Made by a program: the position numbers and the translations under genes. Under the pieces are notes generated by a model, which did not search any database, had not been told where the DNA came from, and was given only the letters and a program-made list of their open reading frames with translations. Source: an uncultured delta proteobacterium (GTDB lineage: Bacteria; Desulfobacterota; Binatia; UBA9968). From it: a DNA stretch of 64,000 nucleotides. The stretch is taken from contig CAWDPO010000034.1 in the NCBI GenBank assembly GCA_963804165.1, forward strand, positions 99,689-163,688. The letters run 5' to 3'. This document shows, in pieces, positions 1-9,843 of this stretch (positions are counted from its first letter, which is position 1; every line of letters starts with the position of its first letter).

Positions 1-313
1 CGGCCGCAGATTCCAACAGATCCGGCACATGACGATTGGGCACAGCTAACACGACACAATCGACGGGTTCGGGTATCGCCGCGATATCGGGATAACATGG
101 GCAATCCATGACCTCGGTGTATTTCGGATTAACCGTAACGATTTTACCGGGATAGCCGAAATTCTTTAAGTTTCGGATAACTCTGTTGCCGCGCGGCTCG
201 CGATTGGGCAAGGCGTCAGCGCGCTGCGATGCTCCGACGATCGCCACGGATTTGGGGTTCATCAGCGGGGTGAGATCGCGCCAACTGCTTTGATCGACTA
301 CTTGTGTGCTCAT
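1..313 (-). CDS. acetate--CoA ligase family / CoA-binding protein, N-terminal part (runs off window)
   Basis: Manual translation from ATG at 313: MSTQVVDQSSWRDLTPLMNPKSVAIVGAS...VNPKY...CYPDIAAIPEPVDCVVLAVP, the CoA-binding N-terminus; not in the ORF track. Confidence 0.85.
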   Translation of the reverse strand, partial: MSTQVVDQSSWRDLTPLMNPKSVAIVGASQRADALPNREPRGNRVIRNLKNFGYPGKIVTVNPKYTEVMDCPCYPDIAAIPEPVDCVVLAVPNRHVPDLLESAA

Positions 314-324
314 CGTGTGCCAAG

Positions 325-407
325 TTGGAGTGATGGAGTGGTGGAGTACTGGAGTGGTGGTCCGGAAAAACCCAATACTCCTTTACTCCAGCACTCCATT
401 ACTCCAA
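325..407. repeat. short tandem GGAGTRRT / ACTCCA inverted repeat cluster
   Basis: tggagtgatggagtggtggagtactggagtgg ... atactcctttactccagcactccattactcca; similar clusters at 1305-1384 and 30438-30512. Confidence 0.8.
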
Positions 408-410
408 TTT

Positions 411-1286
411 TCATTTCTTTTTCGCTCTCGGTCCAAACGGCTCCGGCTGGAACGGGCCGTCGCGCATTTGCAGATACGCTTTGGTTCCTTGCGTCGCGCG
501 CGTTTCGTCGAGCGGGCGGCGAAATTCCTCGTTGAGCATCATATGCGCAGGGATCGACAGCGTCTCGTCCATGCGCAGGGCGTCGCGCAGTCCCATCATC
601 TGCAAGCCCATCGTCGAAATCTGCAGATTGATCTTCACAGTTTCAGGAGGCACGTGGGCGATGCGCTCGACAATCTTGAAACACTCGTCGAGCAGTTGAT
701 CGACGGGAACGACTTTGTTGACCAAACCGATGCGCAGCGCTTCCTGCGCGTCGATGTGATCGCCGACAAGGCCGTAGCGCAGCGCATTCTTGAATCCTGC
801 GAGCAATGTCCACATGAAAGTCGTATTAGATCCGTGGCGCACTTCGGGTTGGGCGAAGACGGCGTCTTCGGCGGCGATCGTCATGTGAGTATAGAGGGCG
901 AGCCAGCAACCGCCGCCCATCGCCCATCCCCTAACGGCGCCGATGACCGGTTTGGTCATTTCAAATATTCGAATCAGCTTGACGTCGTCGGCGCTCCAAT
1001 AATTCATCAGATCCGCCGCGCTCATGCCGGTTTGGATACCCTGCGGCCATTGGATGTCGCGGCGCCGGCCGCTTGTCGTCGCTTGGTCGAAACCGGAACT
1101 GAACGCGCGCCCGGCGCCGGTAATCACGATTGCGCGAATCTCCGGATCCGCCTCGGCTTGATCGAGCGCGTCATGGATCTCTTTCAACATCGGCCGGGTG
1201 ATCGCGTTCAAGGCTTCAGGGCGATTCAGCGTGATCAGCACGCCGCCGCGCTGTTTCTCGAAAAGAATTTCTTTGTAGTCGGACAT
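411..1286 (-). CDS. enoyl-CoA hydratase/isomerase family protein
   Basis: ITLNRPEALNAI, AFSSGFD, AVRGWAMGGG, FAQPEVRHG motifs; likely start MSDYKE at 1286. Confidence 0.92.
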   Translation of the reverse strand: MSDYKEILFEKQRGGVLITLNRPEALNAITRPMLKEIHDALDQAEADPEIRAIVITGAGRAFSSGFDQATTSGRRRDIQWPQGIQTGMSAADLMNYWSADDVKLIRIFEMTKPVIGAVRGWAMGGGCWLALYTHMTIAAEDAVFAQPEVRHGSNTTFMWTLLAGFKNALRYGLVGDHIDAQEALRIGLVNKVVPVDQLLDECFKIVERIAHVPPETVKINLQISTMGLQMMGLRDALRMDETLSIPAHMMLNEEFRRPLDETRATQGTKAYLQMRDGPFQPEPFGPRAKKK

Positions 1287-1304
1287 TAGGGCTCCCTTCG
1301 GGAA

Positions 1305-1384
1305 TTGGAGTAATGCAGTGGTGGAGTGATGGAGTATTGAGTTTTCGCCCCAACACTCCAATATTCCATTACTCCAGCACTCCA
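1305..1384. repeat. short tandem GGAGTRRT / ACTCCA inverted repeat cluster
   Basis: Second copy, on the other side of the enoyl-CoA hydratase gene. Confidence 0.8.
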
Positions 1385-1391
1385 GTTTTTT

Positions 1392-2427
1392 TCATCGATA
1401 CTCCGTCTCGTAGAGCTGTTTGATAAAGCCGCTGGCTTCGACTTCTCTCAGGATGCTTTCGTCAACGAACTGTTTGACATCAGCGCCGCGCGCCTTCGGT
1501 TCGGTTGCGGCGATGAATTCGAGCGAAGTTTCTACCGCTTTGGGCGTAGCGTAAAGCGTGGGGTTGTAATATTTCGTCGCCAAAAGATTGTAGGACGCTT
1601 CAAGATATTTAATGTCTTTTTCCTGGGCCGACTGAATGCGCAGCTTTTTTTGCAACACTTCGAGACTCTCTTTTTTGTATTTTTTGAAATAAGCGACGCC
1701 TTCGATTAAACCTTTGGCGAAACGGATGGCCTGGGCCCGATTGGCTTTCAAGTAGCTGCGCGTGGTGTCGACGGAGTTTTGCAAGTAATAAATATCCATC
1801 TCAGCGGGATCGGCAAGGGTGCGAAAACCTTTCTCCTCTGCGACGAAAGAACGACGGCATCGTCAAAACCGCGGCTTCACAGCCGCCTTTTTCCAAGTTG
1901 GCGAACATCGCCGGTGAAGCCTCGAGCTGAATGAGTTGAAAATCTTCCTGGCGCATACCCCACTTTCTGACGAATAGCTGGAAGGCCAAATGGCCGGCAG
2001 AACCGAAGCGCGTGATCGCGACACGCTTACCCTTGAGCTCGGCCGGCGTCCGTATCTCGGGTCGCGACATCAAGCGCTGTAGTCCCCGGTTCATCGGCGA
2101 GAACACGAGCACAGGGTCGGCACCACGTAGAGCGGCGCGGATCACGGCATCGCCGCCGCCGACGGAAAACTGAATTTCGCCCGAAAGCAAAGCGCTCACG
2201 ACCCGCGCGGCGCCGCCGCCGATAAAAATCACTTCGACATTGACGCCGTGTTTTTTGAAAAGTCCCTTTTCCTCGGCAACCCAGATGCTGCCGGAAGTCG
2301 CGCTGATGGAGCTCAAGCCGAGGCGGACTCGCTCTTGCGCTCCGGCGGATCGAACCCCCGTGAGGGCACTGATCATCGTCGCCAAGGACAGAATTAATAT
2401 CGAATGCACCACGAACCTCCAACGCAA
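1392..2427 (-). pseudogene. NitT/TauT-type ABC substrate-binding protein split by a 1-nt frameshift
   Basis: ORFs 1801..2427 and 1392..1799 join into MPSFFVAEEKGFRTLADPAEMDIYY if one base near 1846-1849 is removed; could be a sequencing error. Confidence 0.8.
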
Positions 2428-2515
2428 GAAAGTTTCGTTCTTCTTACCTATTAGAAAGCGAGGTTAGGCGTCAAGCGCATGGCGTAAAAAGAAACGGGGC
2501 AATGAGTCCGACACG

Positions 2516-3532
2516 CTACTTCCAAATATTGTCGAGGAAGCCGCTCTGTTTCAGTTCCGCGACGTAACGATTGTCGAAGTAGGCGCTGGTCGGAGTCGAC
2601 TGAGCCGATTTCGCATCGATCATGTTGACCTGTACCATGCGCTGCACCATCGACTGCATCGTACTCTCGGGCACAAAAGGTTCGCGCACGAAAGTTTCCG
2701 AGACGTAGAGATAACTCTGGCGCAGCAGATCGGCATCGGTAAGTCCGAGATATTTCGAAATCAAGCGCTTGCTCAGCTCTTCATTGGTGACTACCTGTTT
2801 GGTTGCTTCGATGGTGGTTTTGATCAAGCGCACCACGGTGTCACGATGGCCGGCGGCAAATGATTTCCGCGCGACGATCCCTTGAGTCAAAAAACCGCTG
2901 CCCGGCGACCGCAGGTCTTTCGGCGAGACCAGCTCACGAAACCCCTCTTTGACCATCCGGAAGCCATGCGGCGGGGAGAGCACCGCCCCGTCGATGACGC
3001 CTCGTGACAATCCAGCGACGGCTTCCGGGAAGCCGCCCATCTGGAGCACGTTCACGTCCTTGGTACTGTGGCGCTCGATGATGGTTCTGAGCGCGAAATC
3101 GGTAACCGAACCCAAGCGCGTGATGCCGATTTTCCTTCCTTGCAAACTACGAAGATCGCGAATCTCCGGGTGCACGAGCAGGGACTGGGTGAAGTAGGGC
3201 GCCATGGCGGCGACCTGGATGATGTCGCCGCCGCGCAATACATTGGTGACGACCGCCGGGCCGCCGAAACCGGCGACATTGGCGGCGCCGGAAAGCATCG
3301 ATTGAACGATCACCGCGGATGCGCCGACGTATACCATATCGACGTTGAGACCATTTTTTTCGAAGAGGCGCAGCTCCTTGGCCGCAACCCAAGGCAGACT
3401 ATTGAGTCCCAGCGGGCCGTAGGGAAACGTCACCTTGATCAATTCCTGAGACAAAGCGACTCGGGGTGTTAACAACACGAGAAAACAAAGTGCTCGCGTA
3501 ATCCAATAAGGAAGAGAACTAAAGTTTTCCAT
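2516..3532 (-). CDS. NitT/TauT-type ABC transporter substrate-binding protein
   Basis: Signal peptide; LFEKNGLNV, LQGRKIGITRLGSVTD; paralog of the neighbouring gene. Confidence 0.88.
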   Translation of the reverse strand: MENFSSLPYWITRALCFLVLLTPRVALSQELIKVTFPYGPLGLNSLPWVAAKELRLFEKNGLNVDMVYVGASAVIVQSMLSGAANVAGFGGPAVVTNVLRGGDIIQVAAMAPYFTQSLLVHPEIRDLRSLQGRKIGITRLGSVTDFALRTIIERHSTKDVNVLQMGGFPEAVAGLSRGVIDGAVLSPPHGFRMVKEGFRELVSPKDLRSPGSGFLTQGIVARKSFAAGHRDTVVRLIKTTIEATKQVVTNEELSKRLISKYLGLTDADLLRQSYLYVSETFVREPFVPESTMQSMVQRMVQVNMIDAKSAQSTPTSAYFDNRYVAELKQSGFLDNIWK

Positions 3533-3560
3533 GCAGCCTCCGAATTGTCGAAGATCTCAA

Positions 3561-3695
3561 GCCAGCGAGCCGCTGAAAAAACCTTTTCGGAGTCCTTCGA
3601 TGGGGCTCAGGACGAACGGAGTGGGTTTGATATCAGTGACGAGTTTCCGTTCAGGCTGAGGTTCTCGAAGCATTCTTAAATTCTTCTCAGTAACC
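3561..3695. repeat. REP-like/MITE-like palindromic element
   Basis: gctgaaaaaa...cttcgatggggctcaggacgaacgg...ccgttcaggctgaggttctcgaag; same cttcga..ctcagg/ctgag..tcgaag family as the IS110 target repeats. Confidence 0.6.
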
Positions 3696-3822
3696 CGCGA
3701 CACTTGTTGCAATATCGCCGCCGCGCATGCGGAGTCAAGAATTTTCGCGCGTCTGCTTGCCAAGAGAAATTGCTTCAACTATGCATCAAGGCAGTTGCCG
3801 CGTGACGACGAGGAGGCGCAAC

Positions 3823-4629
3823 ATGCCGACAGTCAAATTGAACGACGTTGAAATTTACTACGAAGAGCACGGCAAAGGCCGGCCGATGGTGTTTCTGAGC
3901 GAGACGGCCTGCGACGGCGAGGTCTGGAAAATCAATCAAGTCGAAGAGTTTTCACGAGATCACCGCGTGATCATTCACGACTACCGGGGGACGGGTCAGT
4001 CGGGCAAGCCGTCCATCGATTACACCACGACGATGTTCGCCGAGGACGTCGTGGCTTTGATGGATCATCTCAAGGCTGAAGACGCCATCGTCGTCGGCCA
4101 TTCCATGGGCGGCAGAGTCGCGCAACTGCTCGCCCTCGACCATCCCGAGAAGGTGCATAAATTGGTTTTGGCTTCCACCGGCGCGCACTATCCCCTGACT
4201 AAAGGGTTGCCGCTGAAGATCTGCAAGGAGATGATCGAATGGGGGTACGAGAAGTACGAACGGGAGCATACGATTTTGGTCGGTTGGACAGAAGAATATG
4301 TCAAGAACCATCCGGAGAAGATCGAGAACTACTTGAAAGTCAGAATGCACAATCTCTGCCCGGTGGAATTTTACCTGCGTCATCTGCTCGCGCGGCAGAG
4401 CCATGACACGAGCCAGCGCCTGAAAGACATCAAGCAGGCCACACTGATTCTGGTCGGGGACGGCGACTGGAACATGACCAGCGAAATCAATCACAGGATG
4501 TCGTCGGAGATCCTGGCCAAGGGTATTCCGAATGCCAAGCTCGTGGTGTTGCCGAACGAACGCCATAGTTACTTCTTTTCGAATCCCGGCGAGGCACATC
4601 GGATAATTCGTGAGTTCATCAAAGACTAG
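3823..4629 (+). CDS. alpha/beta fold hydrolase
   Basis: GHSMGG nucleophile elbow, DYRGTGQS; RBS aggagg before ATG 3823. Confidence 0.92.
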   Translation: MPTVKLNDVEIYYEEHGKGRPMVFLSETACDGEVWKINQVEEFSRDHRVIIHDYRGTGQSGKPSIDYTTTMFAEDVVALMDHLKAEDAIVVGHSMGGRVAQLLALDHPEKVHKLVLASTGAHYPLTKGLPLKICKEMIEWGYEKYEREHTILVGWTEEYVKNHPEKIENYLKVRMHNLCPVEFYLRHLLARQSHDTSQRLKDIKQATLILVGDGDWNMTSEINHRMSSEILAKGIPNAKLVVLPNERHSYFFSNPGEAHRIIREFIKD

Positions 4630-4632
4630 CGA

Positions 4633-4834
4633 GCGTGGTGTCCCAGAAGTTCGCATAAAAAAGGCCAAACGATGACCGTTGTGACATAAACTCAAATCCC
4701 CTCGGTCCCTCTTTTTACAAAGGGGGAATTTTCTGCGCGCGATTCTCACCCCTCTTTGTTAAAGAGGGGCAGGGGAGATTTTCTAACAAAGCGCCCCGAA
4801 ATTGTTTCAACAAACTTCTGGGTCAGGACCCTAG
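4633..4834. mobile_element. MITE (~200 bp, family B), diverged copy
   Basis: Ends gtgtcccagaagttcg / caaacttctgggtcaggaccctag; internal cccctcttt..aaagagggg hairpins; homologous to 28695-28900 and 43911-44114. Confidence 0.7.
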
Positions 4835-4849
4835 AACCTGGAGAGAGAC

Positions 4850-5656
4850 ATGCCAACAGTACAAGTCGCAGACGCTGAAATCTATTACGAAGTCCACGGC
4901 CAAGGACAGGCGCTGCTCTTTTTCAGTGAGACGGCCTGCGACGGCGAGATTTGGAAACTCTTCCAGGTCCCCGAATTTTCCAGGGACCATAGGGTGATCA
5001 CCCACGACTATCGCGGCACCGGACGGTCGAGCAAACCGTCGATCGATTACACGACAAGGATGTTTTTCGACGATGCGGTTGCGATCCTCGATCATTTAAA
5101 AGTGAAAGATGCGATTGTTCTCGGTCATTCGATGGGCGGACGGGTCGCGCAACTGCTGGCGTTGGAATATCCGGAACGGGTCAGCAAATTGATTCTCGCC
5201 TCAACCGGCGCGTCGTTCCCCGGCCCCGTGGGTTTGCCGCTCGCGATGTGCAAGGAAATGATCGAGTGGGGCTATGAAAAATATGTCAGGGAACACACGC
5301 TGCAGGTGGGATTCACGGATGAGTTTGTCAAGAATCATCCGGAAAGCATCGAAGCGTTCTTCCGCGTCCGGTTGGCCAATCTTTGTCCGGTGGAATTTTA
5401 CCTGCGTCATGTGCTGGCGCGGCAAGGCCATGACACGAGCGGACGGCTAAAAGATATCCGAGTGCCGACTTTGGTGATGGTCGGCGAACAGGAAGGCGAT
5501 CCCAACGTCGTGATGACTCATCGCATGTCGTCGAGTATATTGGCCAAAGGTATACCGAATGCCCGGTTCGTTCTGCTCGCCAATCAAAAACACAATTACT
5601 TTGCCAGCGCTCCGGAAGCGGTGCATCGAGTCATGCGCGAATTTCTCGGCGCATAA
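4850..5656 (+). CDS. alpha/beta fold hydrolase (tandem paralog)
   Basis: GHSMGG; extensive identity to 3823..4629. Confidence 0.92.
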   Translation: MPTVQVADAEIYYEVHGQGQALLFFSETACDGEIWKLFQVPEFSRDHRVITHDYRGTGRSSKPSIDYTTRMFFDDAVAILDHLKVKDAIVLGHSMGGRVAQLLALEYPERVSKLILASTGASFPGPVGLPLAMCKEMIEWGYEKYVREHTLQVGFTDEFVKNHPESIEAFFRVRLANLCPVEFYLRHVLARQGHDTSGRLKDIRVPTLVMVGEQEGDPNVVMTHRMSSSILAKGIPNARFVLLANQKHNYFASAPEAVHRVMREFLGA

Positions 5657-5659
5657 GCA

Positions 5660-5989
5660 CTAAAGGTGAACGAAAGCCCGGACCCAATTTTTTGGCACGG
5701 CTGTGTGCCCGTGACCGGTCTCGTCCTCCGCAAGGAACACATCGCCCGGTTCAAAGGTCCGCTTTGTGCCGTCGCCGATGCCGATCTCGACTGAGCCGGA
5801 AAGTGTGATGCACCACTGGCGTCGCGGTGCGGGATGCCAGCCGTGCAGATCGCCACGATTCCTATCGTTTTTAAAAACTAAACTCTTGACGTCCAGACCG
5901 GTCAGGAAATATTTCGATCCTTCATTCTGATCTAAGTCCTCAAAATGAGATTGGCCATCGTCGCCAGTGTAGAGTCTGCAAAATTGCAT
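5660..5989 (-). CDS. cupin domain protein
   Basis: WHPAPRRQ...PGDVFLAEDETGHGH cupin motif. Confidence 0.85.
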   Translation of the reverse strand: MQFCRLYTGDDGQSHFEDLDQNEGSKYFLTGLDVKSLVFKNDRNRGDLHGWHPAPRRQWCITLSGSVEIGIGDGTKRTFEPGDVFLAEDETGHGHTAVPKNWVRAFVHL

Positions 5990-6137
5990 GAGACCTCCAA
6001 GGTTAGTATCGCTATTCGCTTAGCAGCAACCGCGGGATTGTTTCAAGTCATCGCGCATGCCGATGGGAAACATCGCGTTGACAGGCTCGCTAGCGTGAGC
6101 TAGCTATGAGAAAATCTTCGCTCGGTTCGGAGGCAAC

Positions 6138-6899
6138 ATGGCGGATTCCATTTCTGCATCTTCCACAACAGACGCTTCATGGCAGCAAACTTGGGGGAAC
6201 CAGGAATTCATCGAGCGCTGGGCCAGCAAAGGCGGCTGGCAGGCGCCGATTCGCGAAGTGCAGACCGCGATGGTACTGCGCATGATTCCGCAACCGATCG
6301 ACGCGCCCATTCGTATCCTCGACATCGGCGCGGGCTACGGCGCGCTGGCCATCGCGGTCTTAAACGAGCGGCCCAACGCGACCGCCGTTTGTTTGGATGC
6401 TTCCGAAGCGATGTTGAAACTTGGCCAAGAGCGGAACGCCCACCTAATGGATCGCATGAATTTTATTCAAGCATCGCTTGAAGTTCCCGATTGGGTTTCC
6501 TCCGTGGATGGAAAATTCGACGCGGTGATTTCGGCCCGTGCGCTGCATCATTTCACTGAACACCAACGCCGCCGGTTTATTTTTAAGGAAGTGTTCGGGT
6601 TGATGCGCGAGGGCGGCTGTTTCATCAATGCGGACAACGTTCGAGCGCCGAGCAAATCATTAACCGAACGATATCGCGGCGCCAGAGACGAATACCTCGA
6701 CCGTTTTGTGCGCCAGTCCACCGGCGGCGCGAGCAATTTGGCTGAAGTGCGCGCCGCGGCACCGAGCACCTATCACGGGCCCCACAACAACGGTTATCTC
6801 GAAGAGGAACTTGCGTGGCTCAGGGAAGCGGGTTTTGACGACGTCGATTGCTTCTGGAAGTTCACCACGGCGGTGGTGTATGGCGGATATAAACTCTAA
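6138..6899 (+). CDS. class I SAM-dependent methyltransferase
   Basis: ILDIGAGYG motif I, FDAVISARALHH. Confidence 0.9.
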   Translation: MADSISASSTTDASWQQTWGNQEFIERWASKGGWQAPIREVQTAMVLRMIPQPIDAPIRILDIGAGYGALAIAVLNERPNATAVCLDASEAMLKLGQERNAHLMDRMNFIQASLEVPDWVSSVDGKFDAVISARALHHFTEHQRRRFIFKEVFGLMREGGCFINADNVRAPSKSLTERYRGARDEYLDRFVRQSTGGASNLAEVRAAAPSTYHGPHNNGYLEEELAWLREAGFDDVDCFWKFTTAVVYGGYKL

Positions 6900-6903
6900 A
6901 GGG

Positions 6904-6975
6904 CGTTCAAAACGTTCAAGCCGTTAGGCTTACGCCGGTTCAATGTTCAAGGTTCAAAGGGTTCAAGGACAGACT
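6904..6975 (+). repeat. GTTCAA tandem-repeat element (no hairpin)
   Basis: gttcaaaacgttcaag...ggttcaatgttcaaggttcaaagggttcaaggacagactcg between convergent genes. Confidence 0.8.
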
Positions 6976-7002
6976 CGCAGACGCTCCGGCCGTTCAACTC
7001 GG

Positions 7003-7767
7003 TCAAAACGTTTCGGCCCGCCGGGTCGCTTTGAAACGGAGCCTCATATAGTCCGCGATCCAGGTGCCGTCGGACTGCCGTATCGCCGGCGCCAATGTAT
7101 TTCGAACGTCGTCGAGATACCTGCCGCGGTCGACTTCGATTAACACGTTTGAAAATGGCTGAGCGAAAACTTCCAGCCAGTCGCGAATATCTCCCGGCAG
7201 TTTCGTTGGACGCGGGATCAGCTCGATGTAGTCGACGGCGAAGCCGCAGTCGTTTAACAATTCCGTATATTCTTCGGGCGACGGATAGAACCAGGGATCG
7301 ACGCTCCACGGGTCCACGCCGCGGTGGCGCAAACAGCCGTGAAGCGCGGTGCGGATGGTTTCGACGTTGCCTTTGCCGCCGAATTCACCGATGAAGCGTG
7401 CCCCGGGTTTTAAACAACGCGCCACGCCTTCCACGACGGATCGAGGTTGCTTCATCCAATGCAGCGCGGCGTTGGAAAACACCGCATGGAATTGTTTCTT
7501 GAACGCGAGTCGCTGCCCGTCCATGGCTAGGACGCTCAGGCCTCGTCGTTGGGCGGCGTGGAGCTGCGCCACGCTGGCGTCGACGCCGATGACCGCGCCG
7601 CCTGCGGCTTTGATCTGTGCCGTAAGCGCGCCGTCGCCGCAGCCGAGGTCCAAGATCAGCTCGCCCGGCTTGGAATCGAGAAGCTGGAGCAAGGGTGCGC
7701 CGAGATCGGCAACGAAACGCGCGTTCTTGGAGTAGCTCTCGGGGTTCCACGACGTCGATGCAGGCAT
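7003..7767 (-). CDS. class I SAM-dependent methyltransferase
   Basis: ILDLGCGDG, VFSNAALHWM, ADYMRLRF. Confidence 0.9.
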   Translation of the reverse strand: MPASTSWNPESYSKNARFVADLGAPLLQLLDSKPGELILDLGCGDGALTAQIKAAGGAVIGVDASVAQLHAAQRRGLSVLAMDGQRLAFKKQFHAVFSNAALHWMKQPRSVVEGVARCLKPGARFIGEFGGKGNVETIRTALHGCLRHRGVDPWSVDPWFYPSPEEYTELLNDCGFAVDYIELIPRPTKLPGDIRDWLEVFAQPFSNVLIEVDRGRYLDDVRNTLAPAIRQSDGTWIADYMRLRFKATRRAETF

Positions 7768-7836
7768 ATTCGGTTAGCGTAGCACTTTCGCCATCGGCTT
7801 GAAAAAGCCAGAAATCCCCGTACCCTTGTATATTTT

Positions 7837-9033
7837 ATGGCAACTACGGACGCGGATTTATCTTCGCTGCGCATCGACCGGACGTCTCACGGAGCCAGCT
7901 CGCCGAGAAAGTCGGGGACGACAAAAAAAATCGTTGTATGGATGGTCGTGATCGTGTTCGTCGCGGCGGGTTTTCTCGTCGTGAAGCAATGGCTGAGTCC
8001 GGCCGCGGAAGTTCAGCTTGCGACGGTCTCACTGACTTCGCCTGCCCAGGCCAATGCCGTGCTCACGGCCAGCGGTTATGTGGTGGCGCGGCGTAAGGCC
8101 GCGGTTGCGTCGAAAGGGACGGGGCGATTGGTCTTTCTTGGCGTGGAGGAAGGCGACAAAGTCAAGAAAGGACAAATCATCGCACGTCTGGAGGACGACG
8201 ACGTGATCGCGTCGCGCGATCGCGCGCGGGAAAATCTTCGACTTGCCGAGGCCGATCTCTATGAAGCCAAGAAGCATATGGAACGGATGCAGAGCTTGGT
8301 GCAACGGGAGATGATCGCCCAGGCGGAGTACGATATCGCCGAAGCGCGCTACAAGCGAGTGGTGGCGACGATCGACGCCGCCAAGTTCGCCGTCAGAGAA
8401 TCCCAAGTCGCGGTTGGCAACACGCGCATCATCGCTCCGTTCGACGGCACGGTGCTGAAGAAGAATGCCGACGTCGGTGAAATCGTCGCGCCTTTGGCCG
8501 GAGCGGCGAGCTCGAAGGCGGCGGTCGTGACCATTGCCGACATGTCCTCCCTGGAAGTCGACGCCGATGTTTCCGAAGCGAACATCACGCGCGTCACACC
8601 AGAGCAAAGCTGCGAGATTGCTTTGGACGCCTATCCGCAGCACCGCTATCCCGGTTATGTGACGAATATCGTACCGACGGCGGATCGCGCCAAGGCGACG
8701 GTCATGGTGAAAATCAAATTCAGACAATATGATCAGCGCGTCCTGCCGGAAATGGGCGCGAAGATCACGTTCCTCGCGCCGGGCTCGAGTGTCGATACCA
8801 GCAATACTAAACCGGTTCTTACGGTTCCCGCCGCGGCGGTAGCCACGCGCGACGGTCGTCAAGCGGTGTTTCAAATCAAGGACGAGCGCGCCGTTGAAGT
8901 CCCGGTGACCACGGGCAAGAAGCTCGCGAACCTGATCGAGATCACAGGCGGACTGAAAGAAGGCGATAAGGTGATCAATAAAGCGGATGAGCAGATCAAG
9001 GACGGCGCGAGGGTCACCGTCAAAGCCAAGTAA
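7837..9033 (+). CDS. efflux RND transporter periplasmic adaptor (HlyD/MacA-like)
   Basis: N-terminal [27 protein letters not shown] lipoyl-like halves. Confidence 0.92.
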   Translation: MATTDADLSSLRIDRTSHGASSPRKSGTTKKIVVWMVVIVFVAAGFLVVKQWLSPAAEVQLATVSLTSPAQANAVLTASGYVVARRKAAVASKGTGRLVFLGVEEGDKVKKGQIIARLEDDDVIASRDRARENLRLAEADLYEAKKHMERMQSLVQREMIAQAEYDIAEARYKRVVATIDAAKFAVRESQVAVGNTRIIAPFDGTVLKKNADVGEIVAPLAGAASSKAAVVTIADMSSLEVDADVSEANITRVTPEQSCEIALDAYPQHRYPGYVTNIVPTADRAKATVMVKIKFRQYDQRVLPEMGAKITFLAPGSSVDTSNTKPVLTVPAAAVATRDGRQAVFQIKDERAVEVPVTTGKKLANLIEITGGLKEGDKVINKADEQIKDGARVTVKAK

Positions 9034-9049
9034 GCCATCCGTCGGGCCG

Positions 9050-9724
9050 ATGTCATCGCCGCTTATCCAAGTTCAGGAGTTATTCAAGTCCTATCACCGC
9101 GATAGTCTCGAAATTCCGGTTTTGCGCAACATCAACCTCGAAATCTCGCAAGGCGAATTCGTCGCGTTCATGGGGCCATCGGGGTCGGGCAAAACCACGT
9201 TGCTCAATCTCATCGCCGGCATCGACAAGCCGACATCCGGAAGGATTTTGATCGGCGGCGTCGACGTCGCGGAATTGAACGAAACCGAGCTCGCGGTATG
9301 GCGCTCGCGCAACGTCGGGTTCATTTTCCAGTTTTACAATCTGATCCCGGTGCTGACCGCGCTCGAAAACGTCGAGCTGCCGCTGATTCTCACGCCGCTG
9401 TCGAAACGGGAACGGCGCGCCCATGCCGAGATGGCTCTGAGTGTGGTCGGACTCGCCGACCGCATGCATCATTACCCGCGCCAGCTTTCCGGCGGGCAGG
9501 AACAGCGCGTGGCGATTGCCCGGGCGGTGGCCACCGATCCGGCGATATTGGTCGCCGACGAACCGACGGGCGATCTCGACAAAACATCGGCGGACGAAGT
9601 GCTCGGTCTGATGGACCGGCTGAATCGGGAGCTTAACAAGACGATTCTGATGGTCACCCACGACCCGCGCGCCGCCGAGAGGGCGCGCTCGGTGCGCCAT
9701 CTGGAAAAAGGAGAACTTGCCTAA
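9050..9724 (+). CDS. ABC transporter ATP-binding protein (LolD/MacB type)
   Basis: [29 protein letters not shown]. Confidence 0.95.
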   Translation: MSSPLIQVQELFKSYHRDSLEIPVLRNINLEISQGEFVAFMGPSGSGKTTLLNLIAGIDKPTSGRILIGGVDVAELNETELAVWRSRNVGFIFQFYNLIPVLTALENVELPLILTPLSKRERRAHAEMALSVVGLADRMHHYPRQLSGGQEQRVAIARAVATDPAILVADEPTGDLDKTSADEVLGLMDRLNRELNKTILMVTHDPRAAERARSVRHLEKGELA

Positions 9725-9728
9725 ATTA

Positions 9729-9812
9729 GTTCAAAGTTCAAGGTTCAATGTTCAAGGTTCAAAGTCGGGGACGGGCCGGATACATTGAACGTTGAACCTG
9801 GAACTTTGAACG
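9729..9812. repeat. GTTCAA / TTGAAC inverted tandem-repeat element inside an operon
   Basis: gttcaaagttcaaggttcaatgttcaaggttcaaag...ttgaacgttgaacctggaactttgaac. Confidence 0.8.
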
Positions 9813-9843
9813 GGATTCGGCGCAATGCGCCGAATAATAAACC

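Noticed and set aside
1392-2427. Programmed frameshift in the substrate-binding protein gene
   Set aside because: No slippery sequence or stimulatory structure seen; a mutation or sequencing error is simpler.
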